Positions 19,813 through 29,577 of a stretch of 59,792 bases of DNA are shown here, piece after piece. The translations under genes and the position numbers were made by a program. Each line of letters begins with the position of its first letter. Position 1 is the first letter of the stretch. The DNA lies in contig JANRLW010000030.1 in assembly GCA_033762295.1 (NCBI GenBank), positions 1 to 59,792 of the forward strand, given 5' to 3'. The notes under the pieces are model-generated. The model searched no databases, was not told the origin of the DNA, and saw nothing but the letters and a program-made list of their open reading frames with translations. Source of the DNA: Capsulimonadales bacterium (GTDB lineage Bacteria; Armatimonadota; Armatimonadia; Armatimonadales; Armatimonadaceae).

Positions 19813-20339
19813 TGTTCGTAGTTCTGTCCGGCTCTATTGTACCGCGAATCCGGGATTTCCTGTCGGTCCTCGGCAAAAATTGGGAAATCGTTCGGTTCGA
19901 CCCGGTCCAGAGGTTTTCCCAGCAGATGCGCCTCCTGTTCCCGCATGCGCAGGGCGCCTTCCTCCGATTCGTCCTCATACCCCAGAAGATGGAGGATACC
20001 GTGGATCAGAAGCAGGCTGATTTCCTCTTCTATTGTCCATTGTCGGGCGACCGCCTGCCGTTCCGCAGTGTCCAGAGAGATGACGACGTCGCCGAGGAGG
20101 TCCGTTCGTTCCGGGGAAACGGGTGTGGGTTCGTCCTGCGGCCAGGAAAGCACATCGGTTGGCTTATCCAGGCCACGCCAGGTACGGTTGAGCGTACGGA
20201 TTCCGGCATCGTCCGTCAGGACCAGACTGATTTCGGCGTTCGGTCTACCGGCGTTTGCGAGGAGTTTTGCTGCCGCCGTTTCGGCCATTTCCCAGGAAGG
20301 AGCGGTGAGGCCGGGCTGCACCTGAATCATCAGTTCCAT
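19809..20339 (-). CDS. ybeY: rRNA maturation endoribonuclease YbeY
   Basis: LNRTWRGLDKPTDVLSW, LGDVVIS, HGILHLLGY. Confidence 0.93.
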   Translation of the reverse strand: MELMIQVQPGLTAPSWEMAETAAAKLLANAGRPNAEISLVLTDDAGIRTLNRTWRGLDKPTDVLSWPQDEPTPVSPERTDLLGDVVISLDTAERQAVARQWTIEEEISLLLIHGILHLLGYEDESEEGALRMREQEAHLLGKPLDRVEPNDFPIFAEDRQEIPDSRYNRAGQNYEQ

Positions 20340-23091
20340 GCGGTGTCTTCGTTTCGGGAGGAAGCAGAGGAAGGGTCGCCTCCGAAGAGGCGAACGGCAG
20401 ACCGGAGTACTCCGAGAACGGAGGTTCCTCCTCGCCGGACGCGCCTAAACCTGCCGCCTCGCTCGACAGGGCGCGAGGAAACGCGGGGCAGACGGTTTCG
20501 GCCAGATCCTCCGCCAGCGCCGGCGGCAGGGACAGGGTTCGTAACGCGCCCTCCGTTTCCGTCGTTCCCTGCGCCATCAGCGGAAAGAGATCGGGCGACG
20601 GCCCTTTGGTCTCCTCCGAAAGACCACCGGTCAGACCTTCGGGAAGGTCCTCCAGTCGGAGAGACGGTGGCAGTTCCATGACGGCGTCGCGGTCGGTCGG
20701 CAGCGGCGGCAGTCCGGTCACTCCGCCCACGGACGCGACGGCCAGGGTGGTCGGTTCGGTGGAGCGTGGTTCGTTTCGTTCGTCGGGGTAGTCGATCCGT
20801 GCGTGGAGAACGCCGCAGAGCGTCCGGGTAAAGACCTCCTGAATGGTCGCCAGGTCACGCAGGGTGAGATCGCTTTCCGCCAGCTGGTCGTCCGCCAGTT
20901 TTTCCTCGACCATTCGGGCGACGAACTCGCGGATACGGGTCGGCGTCGGCCGTTGCAGGGTCCGCGACGCCGCCTCGACGCTGTCGGCCAGCATCAGGAT
21001 CGCGGCCTCGCGCGACTGCGGTTTCGGTCCCGGATACCGGAACTGCGCTTCCAGCATCGGGTTGGGCAGTCCCTTGGTCGCCCGATGGTAGAAGTACCGC
21101 ATCAGGGTGGTGCCGTGGTGCTGTTCGATCAGTTCCCGGACCCGTGGCGGCAGACCGATCTCCGCGGCGATCTCCACCCCTTCCTTGACATGAGAAGCCA
21201 GAATGATCGCCGAGAGCGACGGCGCGAGGCGATCATGAATATTTTCCATGCCGCTCTGGTTTTCGATGAAGAACTCCGGACGGTTCATCTTGCCGATGTC
21301 GTGGTAGTAGGCCGCGACCCGGACAAGCAGGGCATCCGCGCCGACGGCTTCGGAGGCGGCATGTGCGAGGTTACTGACCATCAGGGAGTGGGCGTAGGTA
21401 CCCGGCACGCGCAGGCGGAACTCCTGCAGCAGCGGCGTCGCCGGGTCGGACAGTTCCAGAAGCCGGAGGTGCGTGGTGATGCCGAACCATTTTTCAAAGA
21501 TGGCGACGCCCAGATAAAAGAGACCGACGGCGAAGACACCCGCGACGATGCCCCAGAGGGCGCTCATGCCGATCTCATGGACGACGTCGGCTTCCAGGTA
21601 GCCGACCAGGACGTTGAGCAGGGCGTTCGAACCACAGAGGAGCAGGGTGGCCCGCAGCAGGTCGTTCCGGTTCTTCAGGGTCGTGACGGCGACGATGCCG
21701 GTCAGTGAGGAGGCGAGGGTCACGAGAGCGAACCGCAGTTCGTTGTTCAGGACGATTCCGGAGACGGCGGAAAGCAGGGTGACGATCAGCAGGGCGGCGC
21801 GCGGTGACAGTAGAAGGGCGATGACCATGCCCGAGGACGCCACGCACATCATGCCAAGATAGCCGAACTGCATGGCCGGAGCCGAGAAGCCGAGGAGGGT
21901 CGAACCGACTTTCAGACCGGCAACGCTGATGATCGAGAGAATGGCAAGGAGGAGCAGGCTGGAATGGTTCTCGTAAATTTCCGGGTGGAACTGCCGCAGG
22001 TAGAAGCCGGCCAGGGTGGTCAGAAAGAAAACCAGTAGCGTAATGACCGCGATTGTGAACGCATCGGGTCGGCTGCTCTGCAGACCGAGGGCACGGAACT
22101 GGTTGATATGGGTAGACGTTATCCGGTCACCGGGGCGAACGATCACCGATCCGGCGGTCACCCGTCGCGAATGAACGGGCACGGTGGCGCGGGCGGCTTC
22201 GCGCGCCCGATCGGTTTCAATCGTATTGACGAATCGGGTCGGGCGCAGAGCGGCGCCGGCCAGTCGGGCGACGGCATCACGAAGGGCCGGTGTCGACAAC
22301 GAGTTCAGGATCTCGCTGCGGAGAATCCCTTCTCGCGCCTCCTTCAACTCGTCCGTATTCTCCGTGATCGCGCGCGACATCTCCTTCTCGACCAGGCGAA
22401 CCGCCACGGTCTGCGCGAGACGGGTCTGTTCCGCCGGCAAGGCGAGCAGGGCGACGAGGACGGTCGGCGGGATATCGGTTGAGGTCTGTCGGCGGACCGA
22501 AAGAGCGATTTTCTCGGCCGTCTGCAGGGGCGAGGCCGGGGGAGCGGCGGGAGGGACGGGAGCGGGCGCACCGGTTTTTCGAACGGCATTTCCCGTTCCG
22601 GCGACGCCCGGTTTCGGCAGGACGGGGGAGGGCCGGGAGATCGGACGGCCGGACGGAACCGAGCGCCGCTCCCGATGGGCTTCCATCTCTTCAAAGGCGA
22701 TTCGTATCGCATCCTGGGCATTCGCCGACGCTTCCGGAATGACGACATACCGCTTTTCCTCCTGGGCGGCGGCGGCCTCTTTGAGGGCGTTGGTCGTTTC
22801 GGAATCGACGTAACGAACGGTGCGCGGGGCGATAATCTCCCGTTCGGCGGTGTCGCCGACATGCCAGGAGATATGATTGGGCATCAGGTGGATGGACAGA
22901 AGGACCGAGAGGAGCGTTGCCGTTCCCAGTCCGAGAAGGAGACGAAGATAATTCAGGGGCGAGCGGGTATCGACGGCTTGCTGCGGCTGGAGCAGCGAAC
23001 GCAGTTTCTGACGGCGTTTCTGCGCCACAGCCCCGCCTCGTCGAGGACGAAGCGCGTTCCAGTAACGTTTAAGGTGCGGAGGTCGCTTCAT
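20245..23091 (-). CDS. pgpH: 7TM-HDIG phosphohydrolase (PgpH-like cyclic-di-AMP phosphodiesterase)
   Basis: Extracellular domain, 7 TM helices, PGTYAHS, YYHDIGK, HHGT, FRYPGPKPQSREAAILMLADSVEAA. Confidence 0.9.
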   Translation of the reverse strand: MKRPPHLKRYWNALRPRRGGAVAQKRRQKLRSLLQPQQAVDTRSPLNYLRLLLGLGTATLLSVLLSIHLMPNHISWHVGDTAEREIIAPRTVRYVDSETTNALKEAAAAQEEKRYVVIPEASANAQDAIRIAFEEMEAHRERRSVPSGRPISRPSPVLPKPGVAGTGNAVRKTGAPAPVPPAAPPASPLQTAEKIALSVRRQTSTDIPPTVLVALLALPAEQTRLAQTVAVRLVEKEMSRAITENTDELKEAREGILRSEILNSLSTPALRDAVARLAGAALRPTRFVNTIETDRAREAARATVPVHSRRVTAGSVIVRPGDRITSTHINQFRALGLQSSRPDAFTIAVITLLVFFLTTLAGFYLRQFHPEIYENHSSLLLLAILSIISVAGLKVGSTLLGFSAPAMQFGYLGMMCVASSGMVIALLLSPRAALLIVTLLSAVSGIVLNNELRFALVTLASSLTGIVAVTTLKNRNDLLRATLLLCGSNALLNVLVGYLEADVVHEIGMSALWGIVAGVFAVGLFYLGVAIFEKWFGITTHLRLLELSDPATPLLQEFRLRVPGTYAHSLMVSNLAHAASEAVGADALLVRVAAYYHDIGKMNRPEFFIENQSGMENIHDRLAPSLSAIILASHVKEGVEIAAEIGLPPRVRELIEQHHGTTLMRYFYHRATKGLPNPMLEAQFRYPGPKPQSREAAILMLADSVEAASRTLQRPTPTRIREFVARMVEEKLADDQLAESDLTLRDLATIQEVFTRTLCGVLHARIDYPDERNEPRSTEPTTLAVASVGGVTGLPPLPTDRDAVMELPPSLRLEDLPEGLTGGLSEETKGPSPDLFPLMAQGTTETEGALRTLSLPPALAEDLAETVCPAFPRALSSEAAGLGASGEEEPPFSEYSGLPFASSEATLPLLPPETKTPHGTDDSGAARPHRSFLGNGRNGGSKTPRKRR

Positions 23092-23304
23092 AGGTGATGT
23101 TCGTTCTCGCGAAAGGCATCCGTGCCCGACTCACGAGAAGACCCGGAAAAATCCGAACCACATTCCGAAGCAGTACGGCCGCCGGGAGGGAGGCGAACGT
23201 CGCGCGAAACCCGATGGGTCGTAAAATCCTTCGGTCTCCCGTCGGCCGCTCCGTCGACGGGCAACCGACGGCACGGCTGGCGGATGGGAGAGCGTTTGCG
23301 GAGG

Positions 23305-23493
23305 TTACGGTTCCTGTTGCTGCTTCATTTTTCGGCGACGAGCAGCCTCTGCCTTGCGACGCTTATCGCTTGGTTTCTCATAATACTCATGCGCGCGCGC
23401 CGTCTTCAGCGTTCCGTCCTGCTGCAACTGCTTTTTGAATCGACGCAGCGCGGTATCGAGCGGTTCACCCTGCTTGACGATGACCTGAGCCAT
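23305..23493 (-). CDS. rpsU: 30S ribosomal protein S21
   Basis: MAQVIVKQGEPLDTALRRFKK..HEYYEKPSDKRRK; GGGGGA RBS. Confidence 0.95.
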   Translation of the reverse strand: MAQVIVKQGEPLDTALRRFKKQLQQDGTLKTARAHEYYEKPSDKRRKAEAARRRKMKQQQEP

Positions 23494-23751
23494 TTTTTTA
23501 TCCCCCCTTACACTTGTGGTCTCGTCACACCGGGGAGCCTGTCTTTCAGGATACTCCGAACGGAGGACGGCGAATTTCTGCCGATGAGGCGATCGAAGTA
23601 TGGGCGAGCGAACGTGCTCGCTCCACGGAGACTTCGGGCCGAACTGTCCGCAAACACCCCATCCGCAAACCACAAGGACCCGACGTCGCCTATTCCGGGC
23701 AGGAATGGCGTCGGAGGTCGACCGGAGGCGTGTAATGCCGTGCCATGCGGC

Positions 23752-23780
23752 ATTATACGGGACCAACCCGGACCTGTCAA
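23752..23780 (-). promoter_or_regulatory. Consensus sigma70 promoter for rpsU
   Basis: TTGACA-ggtccgggttggtcccg (17 nt)-TATAAT. Confidence 0.85.
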
Positions 23781-23839
23781 GGCAGACCCCCGGATAGTGC
23801 CGCATGGCTTTGTAGTTTTAAGACAGTATCTCTGTACCC

Positions 23840-24787
23840 CTATGCCCCTGCCACGCCCGGTTCCGGCCCGGTCGGGCAGGGAGGCACGCCGAAAGCCAGA
23901 GCGCCGGGGCGGGTCAGCACCCGGAGAAACTGGCGCAGCGCACGGCTCCTGGTTCGACCGCGTCGGATGAGGATGCCGGTCGGACGGGTCAGGACCAGGT
24001 CGGTGAACGGGCGGGTGATAATCAGTCCGTCCCGGATCTCCCTCCGGACCGTCGGCTCCGGAACGATGGAGACGCCCAGTCCGATCTCGACCACCTGTTT
24101 GATCGTCTCGATGTTGTCGTACGCCTGCATCACATCCACCGAAACATTATGGTTCTTCAGCAGTCCGTCGATCAGGGCGCGGGTCGGAATATCCGGGTCG
24201 AAGGCGATAAAGGGCAGACCATCCAGATCGGTGACCGAAACGCTCGCTCCGCCCGTCAGAGGATGACCGGGCGGCAGGATGAGGGTCATATTCTCCTCGC
24301 CCAGGGAGATGATTTCGATATGCGGCCGTTCGCGCGGCAGGGCGACGATACCGCAATCGATCGCGCCGCTGTTGAGCGCCTCGTAAATGCGGTCGGTACG
24401 CAGGTATTCCAGATGCAGATTCACCTGCGGGAAATCGCGCAGGAACCGTTGAAGCGCCGGGGTCAGGGCATGCAGGCCGATCGAGTAGACGGTCGCCACC
24501 CGTAGCGACCCACCCACCGTCTCACCCAGTTCGGCGATCTCTCGCTTCAGGGAATCGGCCCGAGCGACGATCTCCCGCGCTCCTTCGAGCAGCAGTTTCC
24601 CGGCTTCGGTAAACTGCGCTCCCGGCCGTCCCTTACCCCGTTCGACCAGAATCTGACCGAACTCCGACTCGAGCGTTCGAATGCGCTGACTGACGGCCGA
24701 TTGCGACATGTAACAGCGATCCGCGGTTTTGGAGAACGAGCCGGTTTCCGCCAGGTCGACGTACAATCGTAACGAATCCAGGTCCAA
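23840..24787 (-). CDS. LysR-family transcriptional regulator
   Basis: SFSKTA..SQSAVSQRIRTLESEFG HTH plus substrate-binding domain. Confidence 0.95.
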   Translation of the reverse strand: MDLDSLRLYVDLAETGSFSKTADRCYMSQSAVSQRIRTLESEFGQILVERGKGRPGAQFTEAGKLLLEGAREIVARADSLKREIAELGETVGGSLRVATVYSIGLHALTPALQRFLRDFPQVNLHLEYLRTDRIYEALNSGAIDCGIVALPRERPHIEIISLGEENMTLILPPGHPLTGGASVSVTDLDGLPFIAFDPDIPTRALIDGLLKNHNVSVDVMQAYDNIETIKQVVEIGLGVSIVPEPTVRREIRDGLIITRPFTDLVLTRPTGILIRRGRTRSRALRQFLRVLTRPGALAFGVPPCPTGPEPGVAGA

Positions 24788-24877
24788 GATTTTCTCCTTC
24801 CCTCAGAATAACATATCTGCGGGGGAGTTTCGTCCGGATTTCTTTCGGAATGCCGGGACATTGACCGAATCCGTCGT

Positions 24878-25726
24878 TTGGCGGATAATGGACCTGTGGA
24901 ACTGACCATTCTGGGAACGGCGGCGGCGGAAGCCTGGCCCGCCCCGTTCTGCCTTTGCGCCCCCTGCCAGGAAGCACGGAAACGCGGCGGTCCGAATATC
25001 CGCTTCCGGTCCGGCGCCCTGATAGACGACGACCTGAAGATCGATTTCGGACCGGACACGGTCGCCCAGATGCTGAAAACCGGGCGGCACCTGGCGCATC
25101 TACGGACCCTGCTGTTCACCCATCAGCATTCCGACCATCTGGTGCCGACCGAATTGACCTGGGCGAGCGGTGTCTACACCAATACCCCGCCGCCCCAACC
25201 GATCGTCGTGTTTGGCAACGAGGCGGTCCTCGGCGCGATCCGGGAACGATTCGGCGAGGAGTTATCGGAATCCAATCTGGACCTGCGGGAGCCCCTGCGT
25301 CCGTTCGTCCCGATCCGGACGCCGACGGGAGATACCGTGTTGCCGTTGCCCGCCGATCATGGCGCACCCGGTTCGCTGCTTTTCCGTATCACCCGCGCCG
25401 ACGGAACCTCGCTCTTTTTCGGTCATGACTCCGGCCTTTTTCCCGATGAGACTCTGGACGCTCTGGAGAAGGAGCCGCCGCTCGATATCGTGGTCTTTGA
25501 CTGCACGTACGGCGGGCGACCCTCGAGCAATCGCGGTCATATGGGGGTGGACGGCGTGATCCGGATGGCGGACGAGGTCCGGCGACGGGGGATCGCCAAC
25601 GCGAACGCTCGTCTGGTCGCCACCCATTTCTCGCATAACGGCGGTCTGTTGCATGAGGAACTGGTGACCGCCTTCCTGCCGCACCGGATCGAAGTCGCCT
25701 TCGACGGGATCGTTATTCGCGTCTGA
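24878..25726 (+). CDS. MBL-fold metallohydrolase (PhnP-like)
   Basis: LGTAAAE..PAPFCLCAPC, THQHSDH, ATHFSH. Confidence 0.88.
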   Translation: MADNGPVELTILGTAAAEAWPAPFCLCAPCQEARKRGGPNIRFRSGALIDDDLKIDFGPDTVAQMLKTGRHLAHLRTLLFTHQHSDHLVPTELTWASGVYTNTPPPQPIVVFGNEAVLGAIRERFGEELSESNLDLREPLRPFVPIRTPTGDTVLPLPADHGAPGSLLFRITRADGTSLFFGHDSGLFPDETLDALEKEPPLDIVVFDCTYGGRPSSNRGHMGVDGVIRMADEVRRRGIANANARLVATHFSHNGGLLHEELVTAFLPHRIEVAFDGIVIRV

Positions 25727-25735
25727 CCCGCCCGG

Positions 25736-27190
25736 TCATACCCGGTGGTCGGTCCCGGACGGCACCGGTAGCTGCGGCGTCACCGGGCGACCGGCGACAA
25801 GCTGTCCGGAGGCGACGAATCCTTCCGGGCGTTCGGCCAGTTCGGCGATCAGACCGGCTCGCCAGTAAGCCATGCGATCCGCCCGCTCCGGCAGGCGGGC
25901 GAGGTCCCGTTCCTCCTGCGGGTCGGCGACCATATCGAAGAGCTGTTCGTGTCCGTCCCAGGAGCGCCAGACGTACTTCTCCCGTCCGTCGGTGAGCCAG
26001 TGCATCGCGCCCCCGAATACGGTGTGTTCCCCATGCAGCCAGGGTCGCCAGTCCGTGACCTCCTGCCCGCGTGCCAGAGGCAGGAACGAACGTCCGTCGA
26101 TCGCCTCGGGGATCGGAAGACCGGCGCAGTCGAGCAGCGTGGGAAGGATATCGCGCAGTTCGATCACCGCGTCGCATTGCGCGCCACGGCGAATCCCCGC
26201 GCCCGCAGGTCCTTTCAGCAGCAGCGGAACGCGCGCCGACCCCTCGTACGGCACCGATTTTCGCCAGAAATCGTGATCGCCGAGCATCTCGCCGTGGTCG
26301 GAGACGAAACAGACAAACGTTTCCCGCGCCGCCCCGTACGCGGCGAGCATTTCGAGTAACCGGTTGATCTGGTGGTCCAGGTGGGTGATCAGGCCATAAT
26401 ACCCGGCCCGGGCGCGTCGATGTCGTGTCGCGGAGAGACGACCGAAGGACGGATCTGCCCGGTAAGCGTTATCGAATCGTCGGAAATGCTCGATCCATTC
26501 CCCGCGCGGCGGTTCGGGCATCTCCCGCGTAAGGTACTGCTCGAACGCCCAGGCGGGCGGATCGTAGGGCGGGTGCGGACGATGGTAGGACAGGAACAGA
26601 AAGAACGGCTTGCGCGGGTCGCGCCGCCGGAGAAAGTCAATCCCCTGGGACGTGATCCAGTTCGTCGGGTGGGTGTCCTCCGGCTTGTCCCAGGGACGCG
26701 CGACCTGCGAGTTACAGTTCACGCCATGGTCGAAATAATCGGCGTCCCGTCCGAGCCGCTGACGCAGCCAGGGAAGATAGTCGTCCGTCCGCCCGTCCTC
26801 TTCGTTGCGTTGACGGACGAAGTGCAGGTAGCCGTCGTGCAGAATCACGTTCTGAAAGCCGAGTTGTGTCCGCTCCGGGTAGACGTGCATCTTGCCGATC
26901 GCCTGCGTCTGATAACCGTGGCGGGTGAACTCTCCGGCGAGGGTCGTCTCGTAATTCCAGGGAACGCCGTCCCGGTAGCCTACTCGCCCATGGGAACGCT
27001 GGCTCAGGCCCGTATGCAGGGCGACTCTTGACGGTATGCAGCTCGGCACGGCGGTGTACGCCCGGTCGAACCGCACACCCTCCCCGGCCAGCTGGTCAAG
27101 GTAGGGCGTATCGACAACCGGGTGTCCGGCTGCGGAAAGGCAGTCCCCCCGCCATTGATCGACATTGATGAGAACGATATTGGGCTTCAT
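25736..27190 (-). CDS. Arylsulfatase (Cys-type formylglycine-dependent)
   Basis: KPNIVLINVDQWRGD, SCIPSR (CxPxR), GKMH, SDHGEMLGDH. Confidence 0.95.
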   Translation of the reverse strand: MKPNIVLINVDQWRGDCLSAAGHPVVDTPYLDQLAGEGVRFDRAYTAVPSCIPSRVALHTGLSQRSHGRVGYRDGVPWNYETTLAGEFTRHGYQTQAIGKMHVYPERTQLGFQNVILHDGYLHFVRQRNEEDGRTDDYLPWLRQRLGRDADYFDHGVNCNSQVARPWDKPEDTHPTNWITSQGIDFLRRRDPRKPFFLFLSYHRPHPPYDPPAWAFEQYLTREMPEPPRGEWIEHFRRFDNAYRADPSFGRLSATRHRRARAGYYGLITHLDHQINRLLEMLAAYGAARETFVCFVSDHGEMLGDHDFWRKSVPYEGSARVPLLLKGPAGAGIRRGAQCDAVIELRDILPTLLDCAGLPIPEAIDGRSFLPLARGQEVTDWRPWLHGEHTVFGGAMHWLTDGREKYVWRSWDGHEQLFDMVADPQEERDLARLPERADRMAYWRAGLIAELAERPEGFVASGQLVAGRPVTPQLPVPSGTDHRV

Positions 27191-28038
27191 AGCGCGGGTT
27201 CGGCGGACGGTGTGAAAGCGTCGCGCAGCAGGGCGAGACTGGCCGGGACCGCCGTCTCCGGGTCTTCCTTGCCCTCGAACTCGAGCGAGACGTATCCCCG
27301 GTAACGGGCGGCGGCCAGAATCGCCGCGATACGGCGGTAGTCAAGATCGAGCGTATACCATTCGCCCCCGCCGAAGTAGGTCTTGGCGTGGACATAGATC
27401 GCGCGCGCCGCCAGCCGTTCGAAACGATCGTACGGTTCCTCCAAAAAATTGCCCGTGTCAGCCAGGACGGAAAGCCAGGGGGAGTCAATGGCATCGACAA
27501 TGCGCAGGACGCCCTCCGGTTCGCGGGTCAGTCCCCAGTGGTTCTCCAGAGCGAGGGTCACGCCGTATTTCCCGGCGGATTCGACGCAGCGTTCGGTCGC
27601 GTCGATGCACCAGGCGAACGCTTCGTCCTCGGTATGTCCGGGCAGGGGCGGCTCCTCGCCGCGCAGTTCCATCAGGCGGTCGAACGAGTCGACGGTTCCC
27701 CAGCGTCCGGAGTTCAGTCGTATACAGGGAACGCCCATCTCATGAGCGATCTCGATGCAACGGATCGTATGGTCGATATGTGTCTTCCGCGCTTCGGGAT
27801 CGGGCAAAACGAAGTTCTGGTGGATCGACAGGCAGACGAGATCCACCCCGTTTCGGAACGCATGGCGTTTCAGTCGGTGCAGGTAGTCGCGTTCCTCGCT
27901 CTCCATCTGGCGGTGCAGCACTTCGACTCCCTGCACCCCGAGGTCGCTCGCCCGTTCGATCACGGTTTCGATCGGGAACTTCGGTCCCCGGAAATGCCAG
28001 AAAGAGTAGCTGGATATACCCAATTTGAGAGCGGACAT
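27187..28038 (-). CDS. Sugar phosphate isomerase/epimerase (TIM barrel)
   Basis: LALENHWG, LADTGNF, YVHAK, SLEFEG. Confidence 0.88.
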   Translation of the reverse strand: MSALKLGISSYSFWHFRGPKFPIETVIERASDLGVQGVEVLHRQMESEERDYLHRLKRHAFRNGVDLVCLSIHQNFVLPDPEARKTHIDHTIRCIEIAHEMGVPCIRLNSGRWGTVDSFDRLMELRGEEPPLPGHTEDEAFAWCIDATERCVESAGKYGVTLALENHWGLTREPEGVLRIVDAIDSPWLSVLADTGNFLEEPYDRFERLAARAIYVHAKTYFGGGEWYTLDLDYRRIAAILAAARYRGYVSLEFEGKEDPETAVPASLALLRDAFTPSAEPAL

Positions 28039-28056
28039 CGTCTTCGGCGAAACCTT

Positions 28057-29520
28057 TCAGGCGATAATCGGGGCGATGACTTCGCCGTGGACGTCGGTCA
28101 GGCGGCGCTGGCTGCCGTTGTGGTAGTAGGTGAGGCGGGTATGGTCGAGTCCCAGCAGGCGCAGCACGGTCGCGTGGAAGTCGTAGATCGTGCAGACATC
28201 CTTCTCGGCACGGTAACCGAACTCGTCGGTCGCCCCGTAGGAAAAACCGCCCTTCACGCCCGCGCCGGCCATCCAGGCGGTGAAACCGTACGGGTTGTGG
28301 TCGCGTCCCTCGCTGCCCACCTGACTCGTCGGCATCCGTCCGAACTCGGTGGTCCATATGACCAGCGTATCGTCCAGCAGGCCGCGCCGTTTCAGGTCTT
28401 TCAGCAGGGCGGCGGTCGGCTGATCGAGGATCGGACAGTGGCGTTCGTAGTCGGCTTTCAGGGTTTTGTGAGCGTCCCAGTTGAGAAGTCCATCCACTCC
28501 GGAGGCGCACGCGCCACAGTAAAGCTGGACGAAACGGACGCCGCGTTCGATCAGACGGCGGGCGAGAATGCAGTTCTTCGCATAGCTCGCCTTGAGCGGG
28601 TTGGCGCTATCCGCGCCGTAAAAGGCAAGCGTCCCCGCGGTTTCACGCGATAGATCGGTCACCTCCGGCGCACTGAGCTGCATCCGGGCCGCCAGTTGAT
28701 AGGACGCGATCCGCGCCGCCAGTTCGCTGTGACCGGGGTTCCGGCGGACATAATCGTCGTTGAGCCGCTGCAGGAAATCGCGAACCCGCTTTTCCTCGCG
28801 CGGGGTCGTTCCCTTCGGAGAGTCGAGATTGGCGATCGCGCGGTCGGTATTGAACGATGTTCCCTGAAAGGCGGCGGGCAGGAAGCCGGCGCTCCAGTTC
28901 GCCGGGCCGTTCGGCGGGAGTCCGCGTCCGTCGGGAATGGCGACGAATGCCGGGAGATCCCGGTTCTCCGTTCCGAGGGCGAAGGTCAGCCAGGCGCCGA
29001 TGCTCGGAAAACCCTCCAGGACGAATCCGGTGTTCATCTGCAGCATCGCCGGGCCGTGCGTATTGCTGCGTGCGGTCAGGGAGTGGACGAACGCGATGTC
29101 GTCCACGCATTCCGCCAGGTGCGGCACCAGTTCGCTGAGATACTTCCCGGATTGTCCGTACGGCTTCCATCCCCACGGGCTGCGTAGCAGGTTGCCGTTT
29201 CCGCCCTGGAAACTGCTGACACCGGTCAGGCCGGGCATCGGCTGTCCATGACGTTTTTCCAGTTCCGGCTTGTACTCCCAGAGGTCGATCTGGCTCGCCG
29301 CGCCGGGGCAGAATATCTGGATAACCCGCTTGGCCCTGACCGGGAAATGCGGCGAACGAGGAACGAGCGGGTTGCCGGCGTCGGCGCGGGCCGGACCGTC
29401 CTCACCGAGCAGACAGGCCAGGGCGATCCCGCCGAGTCCGGTTCTCATCTCGCTGAGAAACGCGCGTCGACCGATCCGACCCTGACGGCTCGTCGGGAGG
29501 TTTTCCGGTGTTGTCTTCAT
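28057..29520 (-). CDS. DUF1501 domain protein with Tat-like leader
   Basis: RRAFL leader; AKRVIQIF, ARRLIERGVRFVQL, WDAH, TTEFGRMP, GRDHNP. Confidence 0.92.
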   Translation of the reverse strand: MKTTPENLPTSRQGRIGRRAFLSEMRTGLGGIALACLLGEDGPARADAGNPLVPRSPHFPVRAKRVIQIFCPGAASQIDLWEYKPELEKRHGQPMPGLTGVSSFQGGNGNLLRSPWGWKPYGQSGKYLSELVPHLAECVDDIAFVHSLTARSNTHGPAMLQMNTGFVLEGFPSIGAWLTFALGTENRDLPAFVAIPDGRGLPPNGPANWSAGFLPAAFQGTSFNTDRAIANLDSPKGTTPREEKRVRDFLQRLNDDYVRRNPGHSELAARIASYQLAARMQLSAPEVTDLSRETAGTLAFYGADSANPLKASYAKNCILARRLIERGVRFVQLYCGACASGVDGLLNWDAHKTLKADYERHCPILDQPTAALLKDLKRRGLLDDTLVIWTTEFGRMPTSQVGSEGRDHNPYGFTAWMAGAGVKGGFSYGATDEFGYRAEKDVCTIYDFHATVLRLLGLDHTRLTYYHNGSQRRLTDVHGEVIAPIIA

Positions 29521-29577
29521 GGCGGGTCGGGCCTTCCTGTCTCCTGATGTCGGATTATTTCCCGGGCGTCAACTATT

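Noticed and set aside
23494..23805. 166-aa extended S21
   Set aside because: The extension spans the promoter; canonical start with RBS is at 23493
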